Positions 36,158 to 46,100 of a stretch of DNA of 64,000 bases are shown here, one piece after another (within the stretch, counting starts at the first letter, position 1; every line of letters begins with the position of its first letter). The stretch lies in assembly GCA_043802485.1 (NCBI GenBank), contig JAZDKZ010000005.1, positions 15,485 to 79,484 on the forward strand. Reading direction: 5' to 3'. The DNA comes from Candidatus Aenigmatarchaeota archaeon (GTDB lineage: Archaea; Aenigmatarchaeota; Aenigmatarchaeia; Aenigmatarchaeales; Aenigmatarchaeaceae). A model generated the notes under the pieces. The model saw nothing but the letters and a program-made list of their open reading frames with translations. It was not told the DNA's origin and ran no database searches. The translations under genes and the position numbers were made by a program.

Positions 36158-37732
36158 TCACTGCTCTTCCAGCTCTCGTTCTATGTAGTACATGTTCTCG
36201 TTAGGCTTTGCTTCCTCTTTTTTCTTCTTTTTAAAAAGCTGTTTTAGGATGTTGAGGTTGATATGCCCTGTCACTTCCAGCAAAACGAAGATTAAGAGTA
36301 GGACTATCAGGACTGCCACAATAGAGACCTCGAAGACCGGGAAATCTGTTGCAACCGCCGATATGGTCTCGCAGGGCTGGTTCTCCGCAGACTTGTCAGC
36401 GGTTGTTCCGCAGGCATTGGCATCAGTGCATGTCCTTGTCTGTAAGTCGTTCTCACATTCGCTCCAATCTGCACAAGACCAGACCTCTGCACAAGCAGCC
36501 TGACTTTCGTTTATTGTTCCTGCGCCGCCAGACCCTATGACAAAGGTCGAGAAGCCTGGAGACTCTGCCTGATAAAGAACTTCGGAATCATCTTCGCTTA
36601 TGTATGTTGTGGGCAATTCGTTCCATCCTTCACCTTCCCATCTATATAGGCTGATATTTTGTATTTCTATGCCGTTTTCATCAAACCATGTTCTGTTTAA
36701 AGCGAATTCTATGTAAACTTTGCTAAAGTCTCCATCTGTTATATTTTCCTTCTCTATGCTGATGTAATTATATACCTTGCCTTGTATGTCATGACCTACT
36801 GACTCTGGCAATGACATGATTCTGTTGATAATTATTTTTGTGTTGTTGACAGTTCTTGCAACAGAAACGTTGATTTGCCTGAATGCTATGTCGTCTGTCT
36901 TTGCTATTGTAAAGTTCATTATGCTGTTGGCAACCATTGATGGCGCGGTTATGTTGCAGTTTCCTTTTTTGTACCTCAATGTAAAAGTTCTAGAAGCTGC
37001 GCCGCCCCCTCCCCCTCCGCCGCCACCCGCAGGAAGTTGGGAACCGGAAGAGCTTACTGTCAATGACTTGGATGTTGTCAGCGTCTGACCGTTCCCGCTT
37101 ATGGTAGCAGTCGATGTAAAGGCGCCAGCACTTGTCGAGGTCACAGTAAACGTGTGATAAACTATAGTGTTCCCGTCTATGCTTGTGCTTGAAACAGAAG
37201 ACGGTGAGCATGAAAGTCCTGTGCAAGACATGGATATGCTATATGTCGTCGACGTTCCGCCTGCGTTGTTCACGCCTACCGTAAATGTGGTCAAGCTGCC
37301 TGCAACTATGCTTGAAGACGCTATCGATGATGATGACGTTAGAGAGGCAGGCGTCATAACCTGCAGGCCTGTCTGGAGGCTGTCAGAAAGAGGCTGGCCT
37401 GTTCCGGAATCCAATGCGCCCACGCTTGCGGTTATCTGGTTTGTATAATCGCCTGAGACCGACGCGGTGCATGACCAGCTTGTGCTTCCAGAGCCACCTG
37501 ACATTGATATGGACTGCGACCCTGACGGGGTGCAGCCAAGTCCTGTCGGCAAAGTCAGCGAACCGCTTACATCGCTGACCTCGGTGCCTGTGACGGACAT
37601 TGTAATTGTAAAGGTGTCTCCTGTAGTCACACTGGAAGGCATGCTCACGCTCGATATTGATATCGAACCTGTCGCGAATGCTGGAAAAGACAACGCAACC
37701 AAAAACACAATTAATAATATTGCTGCTTTCAT
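36158..37732 (-). CDS. PGF-pre-PGF domain surface protein
   Basis: Signal peptide, Ser/Thr-rich Ig-like domains, poly-Gly linker, VY.Y..I...W.ELPT...Y.A.SPGFS.FVI, Cys module, TM. Confidence 0.85.
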   Translation of the reverse strand: MKAAILLIVFLVALSFPAFATGSISISSVSMPSSVTTGDTFTITMSVTGTEVSDVSGSLTLPTGLGCTPSGSQSISMSGGSGSTSWSCTASVSGDYTNQITASVGALDSGTGQPLSDSLQTGLQVMTPASLTSSSSIASSSIVAGSLTTFTVGVNNAGGTSTTYSISMSCTGLSCSPSSVSSTSIDGNTIVYHTFTVTSTSAGAFTSTATISGNGQTLTTSKSLTVSSSGSQLPAGGGGGGGGGAASRTFTLRYKKGNCNITAPSMVANSIMNFTIAKTDDIAFRQINVSVARTVNNTKIIINRIMSLPESVGHDIQGKVYNYISIEKENITDGDFSKVYIEFALNRTWFDENGIEIQNISLYRWEGEGWNELPTTYISEDDSEVLYQAESPGFSTFVIGSGGAGTINESQAACAEVWSCADWSECENDLQTRTCTDANACGTTADKSAENQPCETISAVATDFPVFEVSIVAVLIVLLLIFVLLEVTGHINLNILKQLFKKKKKEEAKPNENMYYIERELEEQ

Positions 37733-37734
37733 TT

Positions 37735-40700
37735 TCAGTTCACCGTAAACATCGTATTGTAGACTCCTGTGGACGTGTTAGTGTCAAGGCGCACAAAATA
37801 TTTCCTTCCGCTGACGAGCACCGTGCTGTTTAGTATGCTATAATAATTGCTTCCTGTTGTTAAGGACAGAGGCACTTGCATAGTTATTGTCGTGTTCTCG
37901 TCTAAGGTAAGAACAGACGCTATCGCGTTTGGTATGTTGCAAAGTATGTAGACATTGTCCGTTGCATCGAACGTTGTTGCGTTTGTTGTCAAAGCAGAGC
38001 CTGTCCATAACGCAGGTATGGTTCCGCTTGTCGGTGGTAACACTGTGACAACCTGCGTTGTCATGCCTATGCCGCTGACAAATACATTAAACACGTACAC
38101 GCCCGGATCTGTTATTGACATGTTTATCGTGGCGTTCGGCAACGAACCTGTGCTCAGTGATATGCTCGTATTCTCGTACATCAGGCTTGATGCCGTTGGC
38201 GAGAAGGTTCTCATAGTTGCTGTACCGTTGAGGCTCGAGCTTATGTTGACAAGGAAGTATGTTCCAGCATCTATTGAATTGGGCATTGTCATGTTCAGGC
38301 TTTGTGAGGCGTTTTTGACGTCGACCATCACGAATCCAAAGCCCTGCGACTGGTTAACGAACATGTTAACAGCAATCGGATAAGTTCCTATGGCATTGGC
38401 TTCGTTGGGTATCGAGATGTTCACCTGGTATGGCTGCACCTGTCCAGATGTGTCGACATACTGCTGTATCTCTCCCTTCTCCTTGTTGAAGATGAAAAGG
38501 AATCCGCTTGTCGCGTTTATTCGTGATCCCGATGTCCTGTTGTAAACAGTTATATTCAGCACCACATTGTCTCCAGGTGAATATGTGTTGCTGTTTGTGC
38601 TTGCTTCTACCCGAAGACTGCTCACAAAAAAGCCTGAGTAAGAATGTACATCACTACTGTTTGTAAGGTAAACATGCAAAAAGTAAGGGCCGTCAGTATA
38701 GTTGCCCGTTATTGCTATAATCTTTCTTGCCGTACCGTCGCTTCCAGTGGTGGATGTTCCGACAACACGCGGGGTTGTTCCGTCTGATCCGACCTCGAAG
38801 GTTACATTATAGCCGCTCACTCCAGTGCCGTTCATGTAAGTCAACTTTGCTGTCAAGGTCGCAGTGTCTCCTGTCTTGTAATGACTGTTGAAAGACCTGT
38901 CGGATAAGGAGCTCAGTCGTAGCGCTGCTCCACCTGTAACTGTGACCGTCGCCTGCGGGGCGAATCCTTGCTCGCCGTCTGGAGACGTTAGCCTAACTTC
39001 CAACCCATACTTTTGAAGTGGCGAGAACGCCGGTATACCCAAGGAAATGGTCGCGTTTCCGTTTGTGGTGGTGTTGGACGGTATCTCGATATAGTTTCCG
39101 AATGACCATAGCTTTGCCGTGACGACTGTACCGTCGGGCACAACGGCACCGCCTCTAGTGGCGTTGACATAAATTGTAACAGTGCCGCCCGGCAAGACAT
39201 CATAGTTGTCTACTATAGAAACGCCTGGTCCGGGCTCGCCTGAAAGAAGAGTTGCCTTTAGTGTTGAAACTTGAACGCCTATGAACTGCTTCTGCCCTTC
39301 CATGTTTACCATTATGTAGTTGAAGCCGGGCTTTGTTGCGTTCAATGTGACAATTGCATGCCCCGTAGAGTTCGTAGTAGCGTTTGCCCCAGCGACAAGT
39401 ATGTCGTTTGGCGACTGTGCCTTGTAAAGAGTGGCAGTAAGGTTCTGGCCTGATATAGCTGTGCCGCTTATTGTTGTCGCCTTAATGCTTAGCGTTATGT
39501 TTTCGTTCAAATCATAACTGAACTTGTCTGTTGATGTCATGATGTTGAAAGAGTTCACGTCAAAGCCTACATAGAATTTCTGCTGGCCTCCGCCTGTGGA
39601 GGATGTTATTTCGACGTTGTGATGCCCGACAGACCAGTTCCCAATCTTTACTTCCTTCGAGCCGCTGCTCCAAGCATCGTTTATGCAGAATGTCACGTTC
39701 GGCGTTGGGTTGCAAGGTCCCTGCGAAAGCGTTGTACCGTCCACCTTGACGCCTGACGGCGGTATCGTGAAACTTTCTATAGGACCGTACATAAGTATTG
39801 TCACGTTGTCAGATGTCTGGTACGACGGTCTTTCAGGCCTGACAAACAGATCTGTTCCCCTGACATCAAAGCCGAACCACGTCTCCAGCTTGACGATATT
39901 ACTTCCAATGTTCTTTGATATTTTTATCTTAAGGTTATGCCATCCATATGACCATGAAGTGCTTCCTGAATGTGTGGAAGAGTTAAGCGTTATAGTGGCC
40001 TTTCCGTTGGAACCTGTGGTTCCTATTGCAGGGGTGTTGCTGCTGTCAGCCACAACCTCAACCGATGCGCCCTCTATTGCCGCACCCGTTGTTGAATTGG
40101 AAACCTGAATAGTTAAAACAACATTGTCTGAGGTTTGATAACTCTGCCTGTCTGTCGTGGTCTTAATGTTTACATTGCTTATCTGAACCCAGTTGTCAGA
40201 CACTCCTACAGTGCCGTTTGTGCAACCTTCTGAGAAACAGTTGTCAGCTGTCACAGATGTCACTATCTGGTAGAATCCTAAAGCCGTTGGCATCGTCAGG
40301 TTCATGTATCCCTGGCCGTCCGTTATGTTGGATGCACTATAGGTGGCCGAAACCTCTGTACCAATGGAGTCGTACATCTTGACTGTCACATTCTTGTTGG
40401 CGCCTATGCTTGAGGAGTTGATGCCTGTTGGCGGATTAGTGCTCGTGTTAAAGACGAATATCTTCCCGTTCACAGTCTGGTTCGTGCCAAAGGTGAAACC
40501 GCCAAGGTCCATGCCGACCTGGAAATCGTACGCATTGAACTGCATGATATTGGTAGCAGTGTACAAAGTGTTTCCGCTAAAGTTGCTTGCATTGAGAAGA
40601 ATTTTGTACTTGCCTGCATCAAGATTAAAGGAAGCAGGTCTGAAAGTAAGGTTGTAGAACGTATTCCTGCTAGAGTCGTAGCTGAATGTTATTGTTGTTG

Positions 40701-43095
40701 CATTTGCTACAGTTTTGTTTAGGAAAAGTATTTTAGCTGTCAAAACAACATTCGTGCCGTTTAGCATCGTGCCCTGCTTTGTCATTATCGAAACATTGAT
40801 ATTATTGTTGTCCGAAAGCGCCATTGACGGATTGAACATGGGCTGTATGTTCCAGTTGTCAGCCCTGACAAGGTTCATAACAACAGTTTCTCCTGGCGTT
40901 ATTGAGATGTTCGTCTTGTTGTAAACATTGAGATACTGGCTGAAATCGAATGATGATGTTAGCTCTAGCGTGTAGTTTCCCGCAGGAAGCGGCATGCTAA
41001 GCGTCGGAGACTGACTCCCGAAACCAACCAAATTCTCAAGCAAAACGCCTTCAGGATTTATCAAGCTTACAATCTGACCGTTGCTATTGCGGAGAATGCC
41101 GCTTGTCTCGAACCAAAAGTCAAAGGAGCCTGCCTTGTTCCTGTTCATCGTGTTCTGCAAGTTTGAGCATTTGGACTCGTCAGAAATATTATAATCGAAT
41201 ATGTCATTGCATGTGTAAACGGTAAGGTTCAGATAACCCGGTTCTGTGAGATTGCACTTTATGGAGGTTATGCTGCCCTGTGTAACGTTTGCAGAAGTGT
41301 TGAAGCATGTCCTGATTATTGAGCCTGTCATCGGATCCCCCATTGTCATGTTCTTGCCAAAAAAGTTAATGACCAACTCGTTTCCGATAGGGGAAAGGAA
41401 AGACATATTCATGGATGATGGTGGGTTCACATTATCGAACATTGACGTCATTGAGAACTTTCCCGTGACAGCGTCCCTTTGAATACCCGTCCCTGTGGAC
41501 GAGAACTTGCTAAGCTCGCTTATGATCATTCTTGCGCTGTTGAGCGTAAGGTTGGCCTCGACAAGACCACCGGCCTTAAGAGTCAGGGGCGGAAGCACGA
41601 CTGTATCACCTATTGCAAAGTACCCCCTGTTATTGTTGTTGTCTATCGTGGGAAAGTAAATCGGCACACCGTTGTTTGTCTTGTCGCTGACTATGAAGAA
41701 CTGATACTGCGGGAAGTACATGTCCCCTTGCGAATTCTCGCTCGGAGACAGCGATCTTGGAACCCTCATAGAGAACATGCCGTTCTCATCGGTTACGGAA
41801 GAGTTGAAGAACTGTATTCCGAACGCACCGCTTGGGCCCTTGAAGAACTGGGCGTAGACTGTGGCGTTCGGCACAGGATACTTGTTGCCTGAAGGGTCGG
41901 ATGTCTGGTTTACTACCTTTCCAACAACCGTTCTATAATCGGAATCTGTGTATATGGTGCTGTTTGCCAAAAAGATTTGCGCTCCTGTCATGCCTGAAAC
42001 AGGCGTCATGAACGGGAAGCTATAGTTCCTCCCGCCATAGTTAAACTTTATCTTATAGTGTCTGTACGGCTCTAGGAAGGCAGGCATTGTTTCTTCCTGC
42101 CCTGTAACAATGAATAATAGCTCGTCAGTCGTGTTGTCGTGGACGTTTATCTGGCTTGGTATGTTCTGCTGCTGGAACGATTCCGGTGACCAGACTGAAA
42201 CCATTACCATGGCCATGGACGCAGGCGTGTCAAGGTTTAGCAAAAGTGGTGTGCCCGGAGTGACGTTTTGCTTGGACTTGTTTGAAGATATAAAGTCCAA
42301 GGCGATGATAGTAGTTGTCTGGTTTATGGCGCATATGGGAGCTATGTCGTTAGAGGGGAAGCTTATTCCGTGGTAAAGGCACCAGTTAGGCTCTACTAGC
42401 GGTGTCAGGTTGACGCATTCGCCCGCAGCCACAACACCCATACAGTGCTCGGCCCAATAGCCGTCTGTGTCTGAGAGAGCAGGACCTTCCAACAAAAACG
42501 ATTTGGTGCTATTGTCAAATGCCATGAACGCTGTGTTCGGCAGCCCTGCCGACCCCGAAGCGTCGTAGGCCTGCAAAGAGACATAATTTATCGTGAACAT
42601 GGTGCCGTTGCAGCCTGAAAGACCGCACTCTGCCGAGGCCGTAGCATAGTCTGTCTTGTTGCCGACCGTGGCATTGATTTGCATGGTCTGATTGGTAAAT
42701 GGCGCATCGGTTCCGTTCAGAACAAGCAGCACGCATGACGGATCAGATGAATTGCTCAGCAGCTCGTTATTGTAATCAGTTCCGTTTGCAGTGCCAACAC
42801 TGTAATCATAATACTGCGAGCTTATTATGCCGCCGTTTGTGGTGTTTAGCGCGGTTCCGTTGTACCACACGTTAAACCAGTTAACTTCCTCTGACATGCC
42901 GGCGCAAACGACAACGCTTTCATTGCCTTCTGTGCCAAAGGCATCAACTAGACAGAACTTTAACGAATCCAATCCGCATGGATTTTCTTCAGGTGCCGCA
43001 AAAGTCAATACGCTAAAGGAAAGAAGAAATATGAGAGATGACGCAATTAACAATGAAAAAATATTCAAACCGCCAGCAAGACATCTTTTGTTCAA
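37735..43095 (-). CDS. very large secreted glycoprotein with macroglobulin(MG)-like repeats
   Basis: TTG start, signal peptide, repeated TDR/K.SY...D.V.L motifs, dense NxS/T, no C-terminal TM. Confidence 0.8.
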   Translation of the reverse strand: MNKRCLAGGLNIFSLLIASSLIFLLSFSVLTFAAPEENPCGLDSLKFCLVDAFGTEGNESVVVCAGMSEEVNWFNVWYNGTALNTTNGGIISSQYYDYSVGTANGTDYNNELLSNSSDPSCVLLVLNGTDAPFTNQTMQINATVGNKTDYATASAECGLSGCNGTMFTINYVSLQAYDASGSAGLPNTAFMAFDNSTKSFLLEGPALSDTDGYWAEHCMGVVAAGECVNLTPLVEPNWCLYHGISFPSNDIAPICAINQTTTIIALDFISSNKSKQNVTPGTPLLLNLDTPASMAMVMVSVWSPESFQQQNIPSQINVHDNTTDELLFIVTGQEETMPAFLEPYRHYKIKFNYGGRNYSFPFMTPVSGMTGAQIFLANSTIYTDSDYRTVVGKVVNQTSDPSGNKYPVPNATVYAQFFKGPSGAFGIQFFNSSVTDENGMFSMRVPRSLSPSENSQGDMYFPQYQFFIVSDKTNNGVPIYFPTIDNNNNRGYFAIGDTVVLPPLTLKAGGLVEANLTLNSARMIISELSKFSSTGTGIQRDAVTGKFSMTSMFDNVNPPSSMNMSFLSPIGNELVINFFGKNMTMGDPMTGSIIRTCFNTSANVTQGSITSIKCNLTEPGYLNLTVYTCNDIFDYNISDESKCSNLQNTMNRNKAGSFDFWFETSGILRNSNGQIVSLINPEGVLLENLVGFGSQSPTLSMPLPAGNYTLELTSSFDFSQYLNVYNKTNISITPGETVVMNLVRADNWNIQPMFNPSMALSDNNNINVSIMTKQGTMLNGTNVVLTAKILFLNKTVANATTITFSYDSSRNTFYNLTFRPASFNLDAGKYKILLNASNFSGNTLYTATNIMQFNAYDFQVGMDLGGFTFGTNQTVNGKIFVFNTSTNPPTGINSSSIGANKNVTVKMYDSIGTEVSATYSASNITDGQGYMNLTMPTALGFYQIVTSVTADNCFSEGCTNGTVGVSDNWVQISNVNIKTTTDRQSYQTSDNVVLTIQVSNSTTGAAIEGASVEVVADSSNTPAIGTTGSNGKATITLNSSTHSGSTSWSYGWHNLKIKISKNIGSNIVKLETWFGFDVRGTDLFVRPERPSYQTSDNVTILMYGPIESFTIPPSGVKVDGTTLSQGPCNPTPNVTFCINDAWSSGSKEVKIGNWSVGHHNVEITSSTGGGQQKFYVGFDVNSFNIMTSTDKFSYDLNENITLSIKATTISGTAISGQNLTATLYKAQSPNDILVAGANATTNSTGHAIVTLNATKPGFNYIMVNMEGQKQFIGVQVSTLKATLLSGEPGPGVSIVDNYDVLPGGTVTIYVNATRGGAVVPDGTVVTAKLWSFGNYIEIPSNTTTNGNATISLGIPAFSPLQKYGLEVRLTSPDGEQGFAPQATVTVTGGAALRLSSLSDRSFNSHYKTGDTATLTAKLTYMNGTGVSGYNVTFEVGSDGTTPRVVGTSTTGSDGTARKIIAITGNYTDGPYFLHVYLTNSSDVHSYSGFFVSSLRVEASTNSNTYSPGDNVVLNITVYNRTSGSRINATSGFLFIFNKEKGEIQQYVDTSGQVQPYQVNISIPNEANAIGTYPIAVNMFVNQSQGFGFVMVDVKNASQSLNMTMPNSIDAGTYFLVNISSSLNGTATMRTFSPTASSLMYENTSISLSTGSLPNATINMSITDPGVYVFNVFVSGIGMTTQVVTVLPPTSGTIPALWTGSALTTNATTFDATDNVYILCNIPNAIASVLTLDENTTITMQVPLSLTTGSNYYSILNSTVLVSGRKYFVRLDTNTSTGVYNTMFTVN

Positions 43096-43098
43096 AGA

Positions 43099-43133
43099 AC
43101 CACTAACACTTATTTAGAAAACCGGCTTATAAA
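43099..43133 (-). repeat. 35-bp duplicated promoter/leader, copy 1
   Basis: ACCACTAACACTTATTTAGAAAACCGGCTTATAAA, identical to 47425-47459; contains TTTATAA on the minus strand. Confidence 0.9.
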
Positions 43134-43157
43134 CTTTTGTTTAAACGTCTAAAAAAA

Positions 43158-46100
43158 TCATTGCTCTTCCAGCTCTTCTTCTATGTCGTACATGTTTTCA
43201 TAAAGGCTTGTTTTTTTTGTCTTATTTCTTTTGAACAGTTCCTTTAGAATACCGAGGTTGATGTGACCTGTCACTTCCAGTAAAACAAAGATTAAAAGCA
43301 AAACTATCAGAACCGCAACGATGGTAACCTCGAAAATCGGGAAATCTGTTACAACTGCCGCTATAATCTCACAGGGCTGGTTCTCCACAGGCTTGCTGTC
43401 GGTTGTTCCGCAGGCATTGGTATCAGTGCATGTCCTTGTCTGCAGGTCGTTGGCACATTCAGACCAGTCAGTACATGACCAAGCCTCTGCACAAACAACA
43501 GTAAGTTCCGGCTCCACCGAACCGCCGCTGGTTCCTATGACAAAGGTCGAGAAGCCTGGCGAAACCGCCTCGTAAAAGTGCTCGAACGAGTCGTTGCTCA
43601 CATAGGTTGTGGGCAATTCGTTCCACCTGTCGCTCTCCCATCTGTATAAACTAATATCAGAATAATTAATGCCGTTCTCCTCCATCCAGGTCTTGTTGAC
43701 AGCGAACCTTATCACGGTCCTGTTAATGTCTGCGTCCTGGATGTTTTCCTTTTCTATGTTGATGTAATGATAGACCTTGCCTTCAATCTCGTGCGAGACT
43801 GAGGCAGGCGCGCCTGCAATTTTAGTTATTCTTATCTGTATGTCGTTGGCGCTGTTCCTCACGGATATGCTTATTTTTCTGACCGCCATGTCCTCTATCT
43901 TTGCTATGGAGACGTTTGTCGTGCCCCCTGCAGAAATCGAACCAATGCTCACATTAGCATTGCCCTTTTTCCTGTCAACATCAATAACAACAGGAACTGG
44001 TCCTCCACCTCCTGTAGGCACAAAGCTGGCTGCGGGAGCAGTCTGAACTGTTAATATCGATGATATACCGGTCGTGTTAGCCGTCCAGTTATTGCCGCCC
44101 GTTGCATTGAAAGTGTAGTTGTATGTTCCTACAGCAAGAGTGGCAACCTCGGAATAAGGCGTGGTGTTGTCGGCAAGAGCACCGTCCCTTCTCAGCTCAT
44201 AAACAACACCGTCGTCACCAACATTGCTCTCAGTAGCGTTCGCAGTTGTCTGGTTGCCAAAAGTAACTGTACTGGAGGGGCTGAAATTAATTAACAGACT
44301 CAGCACACCCTTGTTTACAAGGGCATAGAAAGTGACTCCTGTTGCGTTATCCGACCAGTTGGCGTCGCCTGTTACATTGACCTTGTACGGGAAAGTGTCG
44401 TTGCCTAGTCTTATGTTCTCCGCTTGTGGAGATGTTCCATTTGCAACATGTGTTCCGTTTCTATACAAGAACACCGTGCCGCCGGACGATGTTCCGGTCG
44501 AATTAATTGATTCAGGATAAGTATATGTCACGTTCTGGTTGGTAGAGCCATTCAGATAAAGATTAACCAAGTTAACTCCTTTGTTTACTAAAGCGTAAAA
44601 CGTAACGCCCGTGCTGTTGTCAGAGTAGTTGGCATTGCCTGTCGCATTTACTTTGTAAGGGTGTGTGTCGTTGCCTAACAGCACCAGCTCAGACTGTGGG
44701 GAGGTTCCGTTGGCTACCAGGCTGTCGTTCCTGTACAGATATACTGTGCCTATGTTTGTTGTCACTGTCGCATTTACAGCCTCTGGATAGGTGTATGTTA
44801 CATTCTGATCTGCAGAGTCGTTCAAGATAAGGCTTACTGGATTAGATGCCTTGTTCACAAACATGTGTATGCTGCTGTTCGAAGCAGTTGACCAGTTGGC
44901 ATTGCCGGAAGTGTTGTATATAACCTGATAGGTTCCGTTGCCCAAAACTAGTTCTAAAGATGCCGGGTTGTTGGATGTATTTGAAAGCGCAATGGCAGGT
45001 GAGGATTCGGAAACGTTAACGACATAAAGGCTAAAGTCTGGTGGTGTCACAGTTGTTGTTGAGTTGCCGCTTATGTTTGCGCTTGTTGAATATGTTATGG
45101 TAGAGTTCGCACCATCACCACCTATGAATATTTGTACGTCAGGCGTCCCCTGAGCCATTGCCAATATGTTTGCAGTCGTGTTTGAGGAATAATTGGCATT
45201 GCCGGAAGTGTTGTAAGTATAATTATATGCGCCCACACCCAAAAGAGCCAGACCAGGATTAGAGACAGCGGTAGAGTTCCTGTACAGATTACATGTTATC
45301 TGCGCTGGGCAGCCGGTTCCCGTCGTGTTTGAGCCTTCTGGGTATGTTCCAGACCATGAAAGGTTATTGCTCAGCTGCAAGATAACCGGAGCCTGGTTGA
45401 CTATAACATAATATGTTGTCGAATTTGCAGAATAGTTCTGATTTCCTGTTGTATTTACAGTATACTCCCACGAGCCTGTGCCCAAAGTGATTTGTGTGTC
45501 GTTCTCGGAGGATACATCAGAGTCGTTGCGGTAAATATTACATGTTCCTGCAGAGCAAACGCCTGTCGCATTTGTTTGCGTGCCGTAAACGACAACAATG
45601 TTCTGGTTCGCGTACTCTGTGCTGTTATTCAGGTAAAGGTTAATCTGATTGTCTGCCTGGCCAATTGTGAATGACCAAGTATCGGTGTCGTCCCAGTTGC
45701 CCGCGGAATCATTGGCGTAGGACGTCCAGTTGAAAGTTCCTGCTGGCAGGACTAGAGAATAGTTATAGATTGAACCGTTAAAGGTGTCGTTTGTCATGGA
45801 GGCATTGCTTATCAGGACAGCGGTAGAGTTCCTGATTGTTATCAGGACATTTGATATGTCGCTGTTGGTGTCATTCCAAGTAACATTAAATAACGAGGGG
45901 GACGAAGCAGAGTATGAAGACTGTGGGGTTGTGACATTGTTATACCATCCAGGGGCTGTGCTGTCCACTTTGACAGTGTAATTGGCAGTTCCAGCGTCTC
46001 CCAAACCCGTATTGTCATAGCACTCGACATTCCATATATATGCCTCGTCTGTAGGAACCGTGTTTGTTATAAAGTTCGCAGACCCGTTCACAAGAGGCGT

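Noticed and set aside
33318..37030. GC-rich CCN tracts at about 33320 and 37000 as regulatory repeats
   Set aside because: Explained as poly-Gly linker codons in surface proteins.
37735..43095. Bona fide alpha-2-macroglobulin
   Set aside because: No thioester CxEQ motif or helical TED-like region recognised.
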